From positions 23,934,001 to 23,998,000 of the forward strand of contig NC_087251.1 in the NCBI RefSeq assembly GCF_037042905.1: 64,000 nt of DNA, in the 5' to 3' direction. The position numbers and the translations under genes were made by a program. Each line of letters starts with the position of its first letter. Positions within the stretch are counted from its first letter, which is position 1. The stretch is from Lytechinus pictus. Taxonomy: Eukaryota. This document shows, in pieces, positions 39,429 through 51,526 of this stretch. The notes beneath the pieces were generated by a model. The model was not told where the DNA came from and ran no database searches. It saw nothing but the letters and a program-made list of their open reading frames with translations.

Positions 39429-41174
39429 GAGGGAATGCGCTTGGCGAGACAGTTATGTAGACACATGAAAGTCCGGGGTTCGATCTCTAGTCACGGCCAG
39501 CCCTTGCACAAGGCATTTAATCAACCTTGCTATTTTATCCTATACATTGTAATAAACGGGAATGCGAATGACATCATTAGTACCAATATGTGCGAGTGTT
39601 AAACACTCCCGGGGTAAACACTATTTTCCTTTTATGGTAAACCAACTTATAAACTTATTCGGGGGGGGGGGGGCGAAGAGAGCCGCGGCGCCCGCCCCCT
39701 CCCCCCCCCCCCTTATTGGCGCGCGCAAAAAATAAAAACAACTGAGGCGATATAGAAGAAAAAATGAAGGAGACTAGAAAATGAAGAAAAATTAAAAGCG
39801 GGGGAAAACAAGGGCAGGGAGTAATTTAGAAAATAAGAAGAAAATAATAAAATATTGCCTTGAGTGAGATTACAATCTCCTCAAGAGGATGGGGCTTAGA
39901 ATATCATGTTTTAAGACAATATGCGCACATTATTCTGCTCGTGATTCGAGTTTTCCTTATTTTGTTTCAGCGAGATAGTATCCAGTTAAAAATTTGAATT
40001 TCAGCTCGCGCTACGCGCTCGGATTATCTAAGTCCTGATTCCTCTTCATAAATTCCACAAGCAGTCACCGAAATGCTACCTTTTCAGGTCATTATAGGCT
40101 TGAATAAAATATTTTCATCGCTTTGAATCAGAGTTATTAAGATATACGCAGTATATTCATGCTTGCAAACCATGCAGAATGTACATGGGGATTCACAACT
40201 TAAAGAATACTGAAAGTTTTCCGTTTACAAAAACGAGCAATATACCTATCTGAAGAGAGTGCACCTCTTTTCCAAAGAATTCTTACAGATTCAGAATATC
40301 ATTTCATTACCTGGTTATTTATATACCAATAACACAATCAGATGTTACTAAAGTCTCTCCAAATTATTTTAGAATGAATGATTTGTACCATTCATATCAA
40401 CTAGAAATTCAAACTACCACCCTCCTTTGCCACGTACACTCTTAATCAAACGATTTTTTTTTGTTACTCTTTTGGAATTCATTACCCATTTTGTTAAATA
40501 TTACGTAAAACTTCTAATCTCTTTAAAAGTGTATGTCTCCGGGACAAAACACTTATAAACACGGCTTTTCTTTCATTGTAATGATCTGTTTTTACCCCGG
40601 CCCTCTCTCTTATAATTATGTTGTACTATATAGTATTTTTATCGTTTTGGTGCTAAGTTTACATGTATTAAGATTTTGTAAAAATTTGGGGGGGATATCA
40701 ATATAGGGCCAATAAACAAGCAGTTGTGCTACATTTGACCCCTTCACATGTGAAATATCTTTATATGTCAACGATCTGTATATATAATTTTTAACTGTGG
40801 AAATAAAGTTAAATTTGAATTTATAATGTCCCGTTTTTGGGTCTAAATATAAAAAAAAGTTCGCGCTTCGCGCTCGAATTATCTTATAGTGACAATCGTT
40901 ACCCTCCCTCTGGCGCTGCATAGCAGCGATCATTTGGCCAAAGCAAATTTTCGGAGTATTTCATTTCATGTCTATTTCGATCATTAAAATATGGATTGGA
41001 TTGGATAATGTTCATATTATGTTCAACAGTGCTTTTCGGGTCAGTATATCCATCTTGTGCTTTAAGCTCGCATTCATTTTTTTAAAATGAGATAATGTTC
41101 TGTATTAAAAAAAAGTGCTTAAAATGCCCAGTTTTCATATAGCATCATTTATTTGGAAAACATTCCCACAAACA

Positions 41175-41790
41175 TTTAAAGGTCAAGTCACCCCAGAAAA
41201 ATGTTGATTTGATTAGATAGAGAAAATGAAACCAGCATAATGCTGAAAATTTCATCAAAAGTGGATGTGAAATAAGAAAGTTATGACATTTTAAACTTTC
41301 GCATATTTTTCACAAAACAGTGATATGCACATAATTCTGAGTGACATGCAAATGAGACAGTTGATGATGTCCCTCACTCAGTATTTCTTTTGTTTTTTTA
41401 TTGTTTGAATATTATATTTCATTTTTTTACAGATTTGACAATAAGGGCCAACTTGACTAAACCATAATATAGTAATAAGTAATGCTAATTTCACATACTC
41501 AGGGAGGAATTAATCTCAGTTGTTTCCACTTGACAATGAGGAGAAAATTTGAATATTTCATATTATAATGAAATACAAAATAAAATAATGAGGGGATGAT
41601 ATCATCATGCAGTCTCCTCATTTGCATACCAACCAGGATGTGCATATAAATGTTTTGTGAAATTAAGCATAAGTTTAAATGTCATAACTTTCTTTTTTAC
41701 ATCCGATTTTGATGAAATTTTCAGTGTTATGCTTATTTGGTTTTTCTCTTTTTATTCATTTCAACTTTTTTTGGGGTGGACTTGTCCTTT
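41175..41790. mobile_element. Kolobok-like MITE, uninterrupted copy
   Basis: TTTAAAGGTCAAGTCACCCC...GGGGTGGACTTGTCCTTT; colinear with 31023-31493 plus 33995-34069. Confidence 0.7.
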
Positions 41791-42304
41791 TTTTTTAAAT
41801 GTCCCATTTTTAGGACTAAATCTAAAAAAAAGGTCAGCCCGAATAGTAATAGTTGTTTAAGGCGATACATATAATTATATATATATATATATAATTTTGT
41901 CTTTATTAAAGACATGCTAAAACTGTTCTGGTTTTCAGAAAAAAAAGAAAAAGGGGGAAAATGCAATTTGCGCTCTCGTCGTGTTCAAGATAACGGTGTC
42001 CCAAATTGTGTCCAAACTGTCCCTTCTTAGGTTTCACCAAAAAGGATTCAGCTAGCGCTTTGCACTCGTTTACTTTATTTTTTATTCAAAAATGTGATTA
42101 AACTGTCCAGTTTCGGGGTTGGAATATTACAATTTTCAGTTTTGGCTTTGCGCTCATTTCAATAACTGTTTAGTTCGATATACCCATCCTGCTTATGGAT
42201 ACTAAATGTGCTTATAGAATGTCAAATTTTCAGGTCAGAATATCAAAATTATTCAAGTTCGCATTATTAATTGGTGAGATATCCTCTTTATTAGTCACTT
42301 CAAA

Positions 42305-42577
42305 CAGGGGCGGATCCAGAATTTTCCAAAAAAGGTGACACATTTTCCCCATGAAAATTTGACAAGCCCCCCCCCCCCCCCAAAAAAAAAGAAGGTTTTT
42401 ACCTAATTGAAGGTCATTATGTCAGCGGAAAATTTGACAAGCAAAAAAAAAGGTCCTTAGTTTCAAGAGGACCGGCACACTTTGAGTTAAAACGGCATAT
42501 TTACATTAAAAATTTTGATTAAGGCTCACAAGGGGGGAGGGGGTGGTTACAGCCCGGATGTGCCGGATCCGCCACTG
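42305..42577. mobile_element. hAT-like MITE
   Basis: TIR CAGGGGCGGATCC / GGATCCGCCACTG; perfect 8-bp TSD ACTTCAAA. Confidence 0.85.
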
Positions 42578-42770
42578 ACTTCAAATAGGTCCCTTTTCAT
42601 GTCAATATACAAAAAATTCAGAGTCACGCTTCTCGCTTCCAGTTAAATACGCATCTTGATCGTGATTATATAAAAACTGCTTAGAATGTTCTTTTTTTAA
42701 TGCTGAATACATGGAAAAAAAAATTAGCCAGCTTTACACTTAAAATCCTCGAATCATTCATTTATGAGAT

Positions 42771-45262
42771 TGATTGATTGATTGATTGCATTTATTCTTT
42801 TTCATTCCAAAATTTAACAAAAGTTACAATGTATAGCAAAACACAAAAATATAATATACAGAAATGAAAAAAGGGAACCCACTGGAAAGCAAAGCTTGTT
42901 AGTATGGGTTCCCTGCAATAAATAGTTAATTAAAGTATATCTTTGATCAATGAAATTCAAATCGTAAATTAAAAAGGTTTGTACAATGAAAAAGAATACT
43001 AGTGGGGTCAAGCTATTTATGCCTACTATGTTACAATTAACAAAAAATATTATATCATATACACCCCTGCTGTATAAAAAAAACATGAGTACAGGAGTGT
43101 GTGAAGAGACAATCACTTGGACAAGACAGGACAAATACTAAAAGCAAAACAAAGACAAAAACAAAAAAGGCACACAAATAAAAACAAAACAAAACACACT
43201 ACAAAACATAGATAAACAGGAAAATAAGAAAAGCAATAGATAGGAAGAGAAAGAGAAAAAAAATGTGAGAGGGAGGGGGAAAGAGAAGAGGGAAGAAAAT
43301 AAGAAGGGTAGAAGAACAAGAGGTGGTAGCTGCTTATACAGAAATGTTTAAGTTCTGGGGTTTATACCCAAGGATAAGAATTTTCTTTAACCCTCGACTG
43401 AAACTTAAATGTGTTGGTTTGTTACGTAATGATTCTATAAGGGAGTTCCAAAGTTTGATACCTGTAAAAATAAATGTTTTATTTAAAAGGACTTCTAGCT
43501 CTTGGTGGATGAAAGAGCCCGCGGGCGGACCTAGTAGGATAATGATGAATATCGACATTTTTTGTAAACATGGAATAAAAAATATTTGGAAGTTCATTTT
43601 TATCTAAACTATACATGAGTTTTCCGAGATTGTATCGATACAAGTCACTAATCTTCAAAATATTATATTTATAGAAAAGTTCGTCAGTGTGTGAACGAAA
43701 ATCTGCATGACAAATAATACGAATAGCCTTTTTCTGTAAAAGTAAAATTCTGTTCAGGAGGCAGTCAGCACAATTCCCCCATGCTGTTATACCGTAGTTT
43801 AAATGAGGCAGGATCAAAGTTGAAAAAAAAAATTAAATAGTATATGAGTGGGAAAGAAAATGTTTACTTTGTTTCTGATACCAACATTTCTCGAAATAAT
43901 TTTACAAATGTGATCAACGTGTTCTTTCCAGGAAAGATTATTATCGATGGTTACCCCAAGAAATTTAGTACTGCCAACTCTTTGTAAATTAGTATTTTCG
44001 AAAATTATATTACCTGGAAGTTCATATATGATATTACTAAAGAGCATATAATTTGTTTTTTGGAGATTAAGGACGTTCCACAGTTATGTTTGTGCGCATT
44101 ATGATCTACGCATATTTAACACTCCGCGCGCTGACGTCACAATGGATGAACAGGTGATTAATTAGCTGTGGGTATGAGCTGATTTTTCTCATCATCTGCA
44201 TCCTAACTGCACATCCGATGCGTTATTTTATGAAGCTAAAAAAATGGAATTATTCCATGGACCATTTAAAAAAATATCTCTACAATTTAAAAATACTTTA
44301 CTCTGCAGTACTGCCAAGAATCACGAATATGACCCCAAGTTTGAATAAATGGTAGAGTGGTTTTGATTTTTCTTCACATAGATACAAAGCATTTGGCGCA
44401 TTTTTGGTGTTTTAAAAAGCACGTTTGCTCATATAAAAATGCTAATAGTTTGAAAACAAGCACATGAACCCCTATTTTTTAATGTTTGTACCTCTTAAGT
44501 ATAGATTCCTCTACAACTTTGCAAATTTAGGTGAAAATGACATGGATTTTGAATAAAGTGCAGCATTTATTGTACTTTTGTAGTCTGTTATTGAAATTTC
44601 ACATTTTTGAGATTGAGTTTTTGTTATCTTTTACGCCATTTTTAAGAACTGACTGTGCTGTTAGAATTAAAGTTGCAAAAAAATAGCACAATAATTAGAT
44701 TCTCTATTCTAACGATACAATTATTAACTCTCTTGCGAAATTTGAAGACTTTTTCATGTATTTTGACTGAGTAATAGAGGTTTAAACTCATTGTAGTATT
44801 CTTGAGAGGTCTAAAAATGCCAAATTCTTTTGAATGCGAAATTCTTAAGAACATCAATTTGGGTGAACTTTGAAGCTCTATAGCAAAAAATCAAGCACAT
44901 GGACCTATGTTAATTTTTGCATATTTCGAATATTAAGGTTCTAAAGTATCTATGTGCAAAGTTTGGTGAAAATGACATGGATTTCACTTTAACTGTGGAA
45001 CGTCCTTAAGGGATAGTTTGTTAGCTTTGATCCATACAGATACATGTACTATATAGTTCGTGATTAATGGTGGCAAGCAAATGGTGTGGATCCTTATGGG
45101 AGAAAAAAATATTATAATCGTCAGCAAACAGAATAAAGGATAAATTATTGGAGGACTTACAAAAATCATTTATGTATATAAGAAAAGTAGGGGACCCAAA
45201 ATAGAGCCTTGCGGAACCCCACAAGCAACAAGTTTTGTTTCGGAGTTAAAGATACATTATAA
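42771..45262 (-). pseudogene. 5'-truncated, frameshifted CR1/L2-type LINE (RT C-terminal half, 3'UTR, (TCAA)n tail)
   Basis: Fragments CGVPQGS.., ND....LFADD, ANKLSL|NLQKTNYMLF (rejoined across the TTAA insertion), KFLGVTIDNNLSWKEHV, ILPHLNYGITAWG, LQKKAIRII; AATAAA plus (TCAA)n tail at 42771-42796 on the minus strand. Confidence 0.85.
44071..45005. mobile_element. Same Kolobok-like family, 935 bp, opposite orientation, without the array; inserted in a LINE
   Basis: TTAA TSD (44067-44070, 45006-45009); TIR GGACGTTCCACAGTTA / TAACTGTGGAACGTCC; interior is the reverse complement of ~33100-33990. Confidence 0.85.
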
Positions 45263-46139
45263 CTTGTTTGTAAGAATAAAGTTCAGGGGCCGCGGAACCG
45301 GGGGGGGGGGGGGGCTTTTCCATTACCGTGTACACAAACGTAAAAATGACCATCAGATTGTAATTTTTTGCATGATCAGCCCCCCACTGTTGGCTCACCC
45401 CCTGCACTTTCAGATCCGTTCCGCGACCCCTGCTTGCAAGATTAGGCTACACCTCAAATTTGGTGCTACCGGGTTGCTTAATGTGCAAAAATTTCCCATT
45501 TTGTACTTTAAAGGTCAGGGACGGATACAGCTTTCGCCATGGAGGGGGGATATTTCAATCCACATTTTCCTTGATAGGCTACCTCAAGAGTTAAGAGCTA
45601 AAAGCAGGGGTGTTTTCCTTTTTATCCGTCGGGAGGGGGGGGGGGATATGTAACCCTAAAGACTGATAAGAACATTTTAGTTTGATTTAAAAAATCACAT
45701 TTTTTTATTATTTGCATTGAGAAATGCTCGTTTGCACCATAAGGTGCATGATACTTGATATTAAGAAAGGTTCAAATTTGTACCTTTACATGGTGCATCT
45801 TTTCTCCTTGGGAAGCTGCTATTGTACCCCATGAGGGATCAAATTTGAACCCCAAATTCTTAGTGTGTATATAGGCCCTACTCTTAAACCGGCTCTTAAA
45901 TCGGTACCAGTAATAAACACATGATTCAATCCTTACAATAAAACTATTACAAATAATTTGAAAAATGCATGACAATATGATTTAAAGAAAAATAATGAAA
46001 GCAATAAAGAAATCAAAATAAAGCTCTTGCATCTGCAGAGGGGTCAGTGTCGAGCCCGCATGAACTCTTCCCTGGATAGAGCTGAGAGATCGCTTGTATT
46101 TTGACCTGACATGTACAAACAAGGGCACAGTAGCAGTAC

Positions 46140-46253
46140 ACAGAGTCACTAGACGTGGTGGAGGCGATCCCCGTCTGCTTCGATTTCGAGAAAATAGCTC
46201 ATTCGCTACTCTAATACACCAACTTAGAGAACATCGAGGCTTCGTATTTAGAG
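46140..46253 (+). promoter_or_regulatory. Probable first non-coding exon / promoter of an unidentified plus-strand gene
   Basis: CpG-rich, repeat-free patch 46030-46450 with perfect donor GAG|GTAAGT at 46253/46254. The start is approximate. Confidence 0.45.
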
Positions 46254-48644
46254 GTAAGTATGGCATGTGTATCCCTGCTAAAATTAAAAACGAGCAAAAT
46301 CATAGGAACATCTCATATCTGACTTTATTGCCTTTGGCTCTGTTTGGCTTTGCCAATGTTGAAGTTGAGATCGAACTTTCTGCCCCTGCGCCGCGCAGCC
46401 GGCCGGCCGGCCGGCTGCGCTAATGTGACCTCACGATATGCCGTTTCGTGGACTTGTACTTGAGAGTGAATGACTGTCTGTGTATAATGTGTGTTAGTTT
46501 ACCATTAAAATCAAGTTGATAGTATTTATTTTAATTATGCATCGTACAAATTTGTCTGAACATTATCACTTTCACTGTGCCATGATTTTACCCTGGTGTT
46601 TTTGATGATGCACTTTTTACAGGGAGGGGGGGGGGGGGGGGGGGGGCGGTATCGGGCCTTATGTAATCTAAGTGGCTCTTTATTTTCCATTCTGAAGCCT
46701 GCCCCATGAATAAAATCTGTACTGCCAAAATATTGGCCCTGGAACCGGGGAGGGGGGAGTCAGCCCCCCACTTACTCCAATGAGATGTGCACAAAAACAA
46801 ATATTACCATCTGATTGTGATTTTTTGTTTGCATGGTCAGCCCCCCCCCTCACTTTTGGCTCAACCACTCCCCACTTTCAAAACTGTTCCACAGCCCCTA
46901 AAAAGGAAAATGACACAGTTATTGAATGGAATGGAGACCTGCTCCCTTCAATCAAGAAACAAAAACTGTTTAATGCACCTAATAGAATAACAAAATAAGT
47001 GATAAAGTAAAATGTCAGCCAAGCTTAATGCTCCATTCCTTCCAAAACAACCATTTTAAAATGTTTCTGTTCCATGGTTATTTGTCTGACACCCCCATCC
47101 CCCCAAAAAATAGAAGAGATTGGATGATGTGGGTCATGAAAATTGGAATATGTAGGAAGGCCCATAAGTTTTTGATAAGTTTGTTTAATGTATATTAGCA
47201 GAAACCTGAGTGCATTTTCAACTTTATTCAAATATGCATTTTTTTGCTTTGTGTAGTAGCTACTAGATAGTGTGTAGCAATCAAATAAGCAGTGTCTACT
47301 ATTAATACATTCTTGTTCAGAACACACTCATATTACGATGTTAGAACATATGCTTTTCAAGATCTCAAGATATTTTTAAGTTTTCTACTTTGATTTTTTT
47401 TTTTTCATCTTGAAGATCATGAAGAGATGGTATCTTTTTAAATAACCATTGTTATTATTATTTTCTCACTGGAAATGAGCTTTACCCCATATCTCAGATA
47501 TATCATACCAAACATTATTTGAAATACCCGTGTAAATTACTAGTTTCATGGAATAACTCATTTCATCGTACATAATTTCCAGATATATGTTGAGATGTTT
47601 TAAGTAAATAATTATGTAGAATAGAAGAATTGTACATTTAGGCCTGTATGTATTTTTTTATTCAGAAATGTAAACCTCTTCATTTTACATGATTAAACAC
47701 TGTTTGTGTTGACTCTAGTGTTGGCATCAGTTGATAAAGAATGTAAATCCACACCAGAATTTTTGTTTTGTTTTGAATAATGCAAGTGAATTTTGTTTTG
47801 AATAAGTGAATGCAAGTGAATGCAAGTGACTTGATTAAAATGTCTCCCTCTACATTAAATGGAGGTAAATGTTCCTAATAAAGGGACACTACATGTATCT
47901 AAGATAAGTTTTAGCGTATTTGAAATTAGATGTTAATCTATTTTGATTGAATTATAATGTTATTTCTTTCTCTATCTTCTTTTAGGAAAAATGTTTTGAG
48001 AGCAATTTTAGCTTACAATAGTATTGTAAAATTGTTTTACATTAAGATAATTAGTTGATCCTTTGATGAAAGGCATGAAGCCAAACAGGATATATTTTTG
48101 TTTATAAAAATGTAAAATAAATAATACCAACTTCAATGATAAGCATAATAAATGGAATAGAAATAGCTATCACTTTATTCTTCATAGTATTATGGTAGTT
48201 ATTGCAAGTGTAATGAATTGTGATCTTTTCACTCAGTTTGGGAATGTAAGTAGTTGGTTTCCCACGTGGAGGTGTTTCACAAATATTTAAGTGTGACTTA
48301 AACTTGCTATGAAATTCCCAGATGCACGCGGTATGTAATGCGTCAACCCCATTCATTGGTAGGAGCATGCCCTGAGGATGTGTGCTACTTGTAGTTATTA
48401 ATGAGATGAATATGCTTTGAATATCAAGTGTGCTTGATTAAAGTAGACTTTAGATCACACTTAACTCTTTGTGAACCCCCCCCCTCCCCTTATAAAATGT
48501 TACGGGGTCCATTGCCATCCAGTTGTAAACCATAGTAACAATTGCAAAACATTTTTCAGAATCAAGGATTTCAGGGAAATACCATAATACATGTACCATT
48601 TGTGCAACAAGACCTCATTCTTGCTATCATTAATTATACATCTT

Positions 48645-48795
48645 CAGGGGTCTGTTGCAGAAAGAGTTGTGTTTAAACGCAAGTCAAAAAATCAATCTCA
48701 AGTCCCAAATGCACGCTGTTGATTGGTAGAAAATCAACTTACGCATGTTCTTTAGAGTTGCGATTGATTGCAACTCTTTCTGCAACGTGCCCCAG
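48645..48795. mobile_element. Foldback MITE
   Basis: GTTGCAGAAAGAGTTG / CAACTCTTTCTGCAAC inverted arms around a central GATTGG. Confidence 0.7.
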
Positions 48796-49426
48796 GTTTT
48801 TGCCAAGCTTTACAATCATACATATTTTTCTATCCAAAGATCTGAATGAGACATTAGAGGTGTTTCAAAGTTCAATGTACAAATTGACTCAAGGATAGAA
48901 TTTGACAGTCAATTGATAAGATAATGCTAGTCAAAGCTGATTCAATAACACGTCTTTAAATGAACATTGTTTTATGTCCTTGTTAAACAATTAACCAATT
49001 TCTTTGCAATTTCAGTCCTATTCAGAGAAGATGTTATTCATTTTAAGGAAGAGTCTGATATATCTTGAGACGACTTTGTGTGCATGAATTATAAAATCGA
49101 AAATACTATACTTTGCTATCAGTACACACAGGTGTTGCATGACAAAGTTCATGGCAACAGCCACCTCTTATGATATATTAAGTAGTGAAAAAGGAGAATA
49201 AAAGAAGGCAAAGACTTCAGAAGAAAAGTTAGCAATGTATTACCCCTGTTATTAATTTGAAAACAAAAATGATCACCTTTATCTTGTCTACGCCCCCCCC
49301 CAATCAAAAGACCCTGGCACCATCCCTGAGTTCACATACAGTTAGATAAAATCAAACATCTTCAGATGCCCTCAAATCAATAGTATGCCTCACCTTGTCT
49401 GATAGATGTTTTGCGTGACTACATTG

Positions 49427-50081
49427 TTAAAGGACAAGTTCACCCCAACAATTTATTTATTTATGTAATAATTCATGTTTTATTTATAACAAGTGATAAA
49501 ATAAGGTGGAGGGTAGTTCAGTTCAGTTAAAAAAAAACTGCTTTTGGTTCAGTTATAAAAACTGCTTTACAAAAAGTCATTTGAATAAAAAGAGAAAAAT
49601 CCAACAAGTACATAACACTGAAAATTTCCTCAAAATCGGATGTTATGACATTTTAAAGTTCACATCCTGGTCGGTATGCAAATGAGAGGACTGATGACAT
49701 CACCCACTCAATATTTCATTTATATTTCATTATAGGAAATATTCTAATTTTCTCCCCATTGTCCTGTGGAACAAAGTTATATTCCTCCCCAAACATATGC
49801 TATTACCATTGTTATAACATATTTGTTTGGTAAAGTTGTTTCTTAATGTCAAATCAGTAAAAATTGAAAATTCAAACAATAAAAAACAAAAGAAATAGTG
49901 AGTGATGGACGTCATTGACTCTTTCATTTGCATGTCACTGAGTTGTGCATATAACTGTTTTGTGAAAATTAAGCAAAAGTGTCAACTTATTTTACATCTG
50001 ATTTCGATTTTTAGCGTTATGCTTGTTGAATTTTTTTTTTATTCAAACCAACATTTTTCTGGGGTGGACTTGACCTTTTAA
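49427..50081. mobile_element. Kolobok-like MITE copy
   Basis: TTAAAGGACAAGTTCACCCC...GGGGTGGACTTGACCTTTTAA. Confidence 0.7.
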
Positions 50082-51329
50082 AGGTACTTAAGCTTAAATG
50101 TCTAAGAATGAGGGCTTAGTTTGAAATTTTATCTGTTGAGTTTAATTGCAAAAGTTGTTGGCCAAATACTGTTTCATGTATGAATGGAAGGAATCATCTA
50201 TTTATAAGGGAAACATTAAGATGACCAAATATTAGTAGTGCTCAATATTAGTGTTATGAAGGTCAAGTACTAAGTTGTCAATTTGGCAAATTAGATTTGA
50301 GACTTTTGAGTTACAGTGAGAGTGAGAATAATGAATTGAACAACTGCTTTTAATTTAATTGAGTTCATCTTTTCAGTGTCATAAAACAAGTCATTCAAGA
50401 AAAGAACCCTGCTTCAATTAAGTATCTGACTAAAGTAACACATGCCTAATGACTTGACAATCATCCGTGCTGTGTATTTCAGGAAAAAAGTCTTAATAAT
50501 GACCAATCCTGGTCCTTACACATGACTTTGTTTATTCATGAAAACCGAGATGAGGACGGGAATAGGGCATTCTCACAATACATCTTTTTTTTCAATAAAC
50601 AATTTTTCCTTCTTCTCAAAACATTCTGGGAGTTTGATTTGCATTCATTTGAAAATATTGACATACCATTTAACATTCTCTCCTATACTTGTGGGAAAAT
50701 TTGCCTGTTTGAAATTGAAACCTATGATAAACTTTGAAATTTGGTATCAGACATTTCATCATCATGTGAGCAATTCATGAAGGTTTTAAAAATGGGTGAT
50801 TTTCACTGACCAATTTTGCTCTATGCCAATCAGATGCAAGGATTTCCAGTAGCTTGTAACATTTGTTGTTGAAAATCACTGATAAAACCCTCATGAAATG
50901 CTCCCCTGGTATCTGGTTCTTGCTAAACCTAGATATTGTTTGGTCACTTTGTTGTATTATCTTTTTATTGTTCCTATATAATCTCATTAATGTTGTAGCA
51001 ACATTATTTTACAATTACATTTTATAATAGAAACCCCTTTTCAATACTTAACTCATATTCCATACAAACTACAATATGAAGCATCAAATTTAATATTACA
51101 GTAGAAGTGAATTCATGAATAACTGATTTTCATTCCTTTGAGGTTTTTAAACCTAATTTTTGTCAGGGAAAAGCCCAATTTTAGGTATACGTATTTTGAT
51201 TGATGTTCAACTTTTTTTCAATCTTGGGTTAATATATGAAAAAAAATCCATGAAACAATTTGTTATGAAAATCCATATTTTATTGTTCGAAATAGACATC
51301 ACAAATGAAATACCAGTACTTTGAAAATT

Positions 51330-51526
51330 TGCTTTGCCCAATTGATTGTGGGCCTGGCAGCCACTGTGCAGTGCCAGAACAACGAGGCTCTATCTCTTTA
51401 ATTGTTGAACGCCAAACAGGGTAGCAGGAACTCCCATCTTTTAACATCTATTGGTCTGACGCGGCCGGGTTTTGAACTCCCGACCTCCCGGTTGTGAGAC
51501 GGACGCTCTACCAACTGAGCCAATAC
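51330..51526 (-). mobile_element. tRNA-derived SINE
   Basis: Minus strand TGGCTCAGTTGGTAGAGCG (A box)...GGGAGTTCAAAACCC (B box), continuing into a non-tRNA body GTCAGACCAATAGATGTTAAAAGATGG. Confidence 0.75.

Noticed and set aside
51450..51526. tRNA gene (Val-like CAC loop)
   Set aside because: No proper acceptor stem and no poly-T terminator; it runs into a SINE body. The same applies to 9370-9430.
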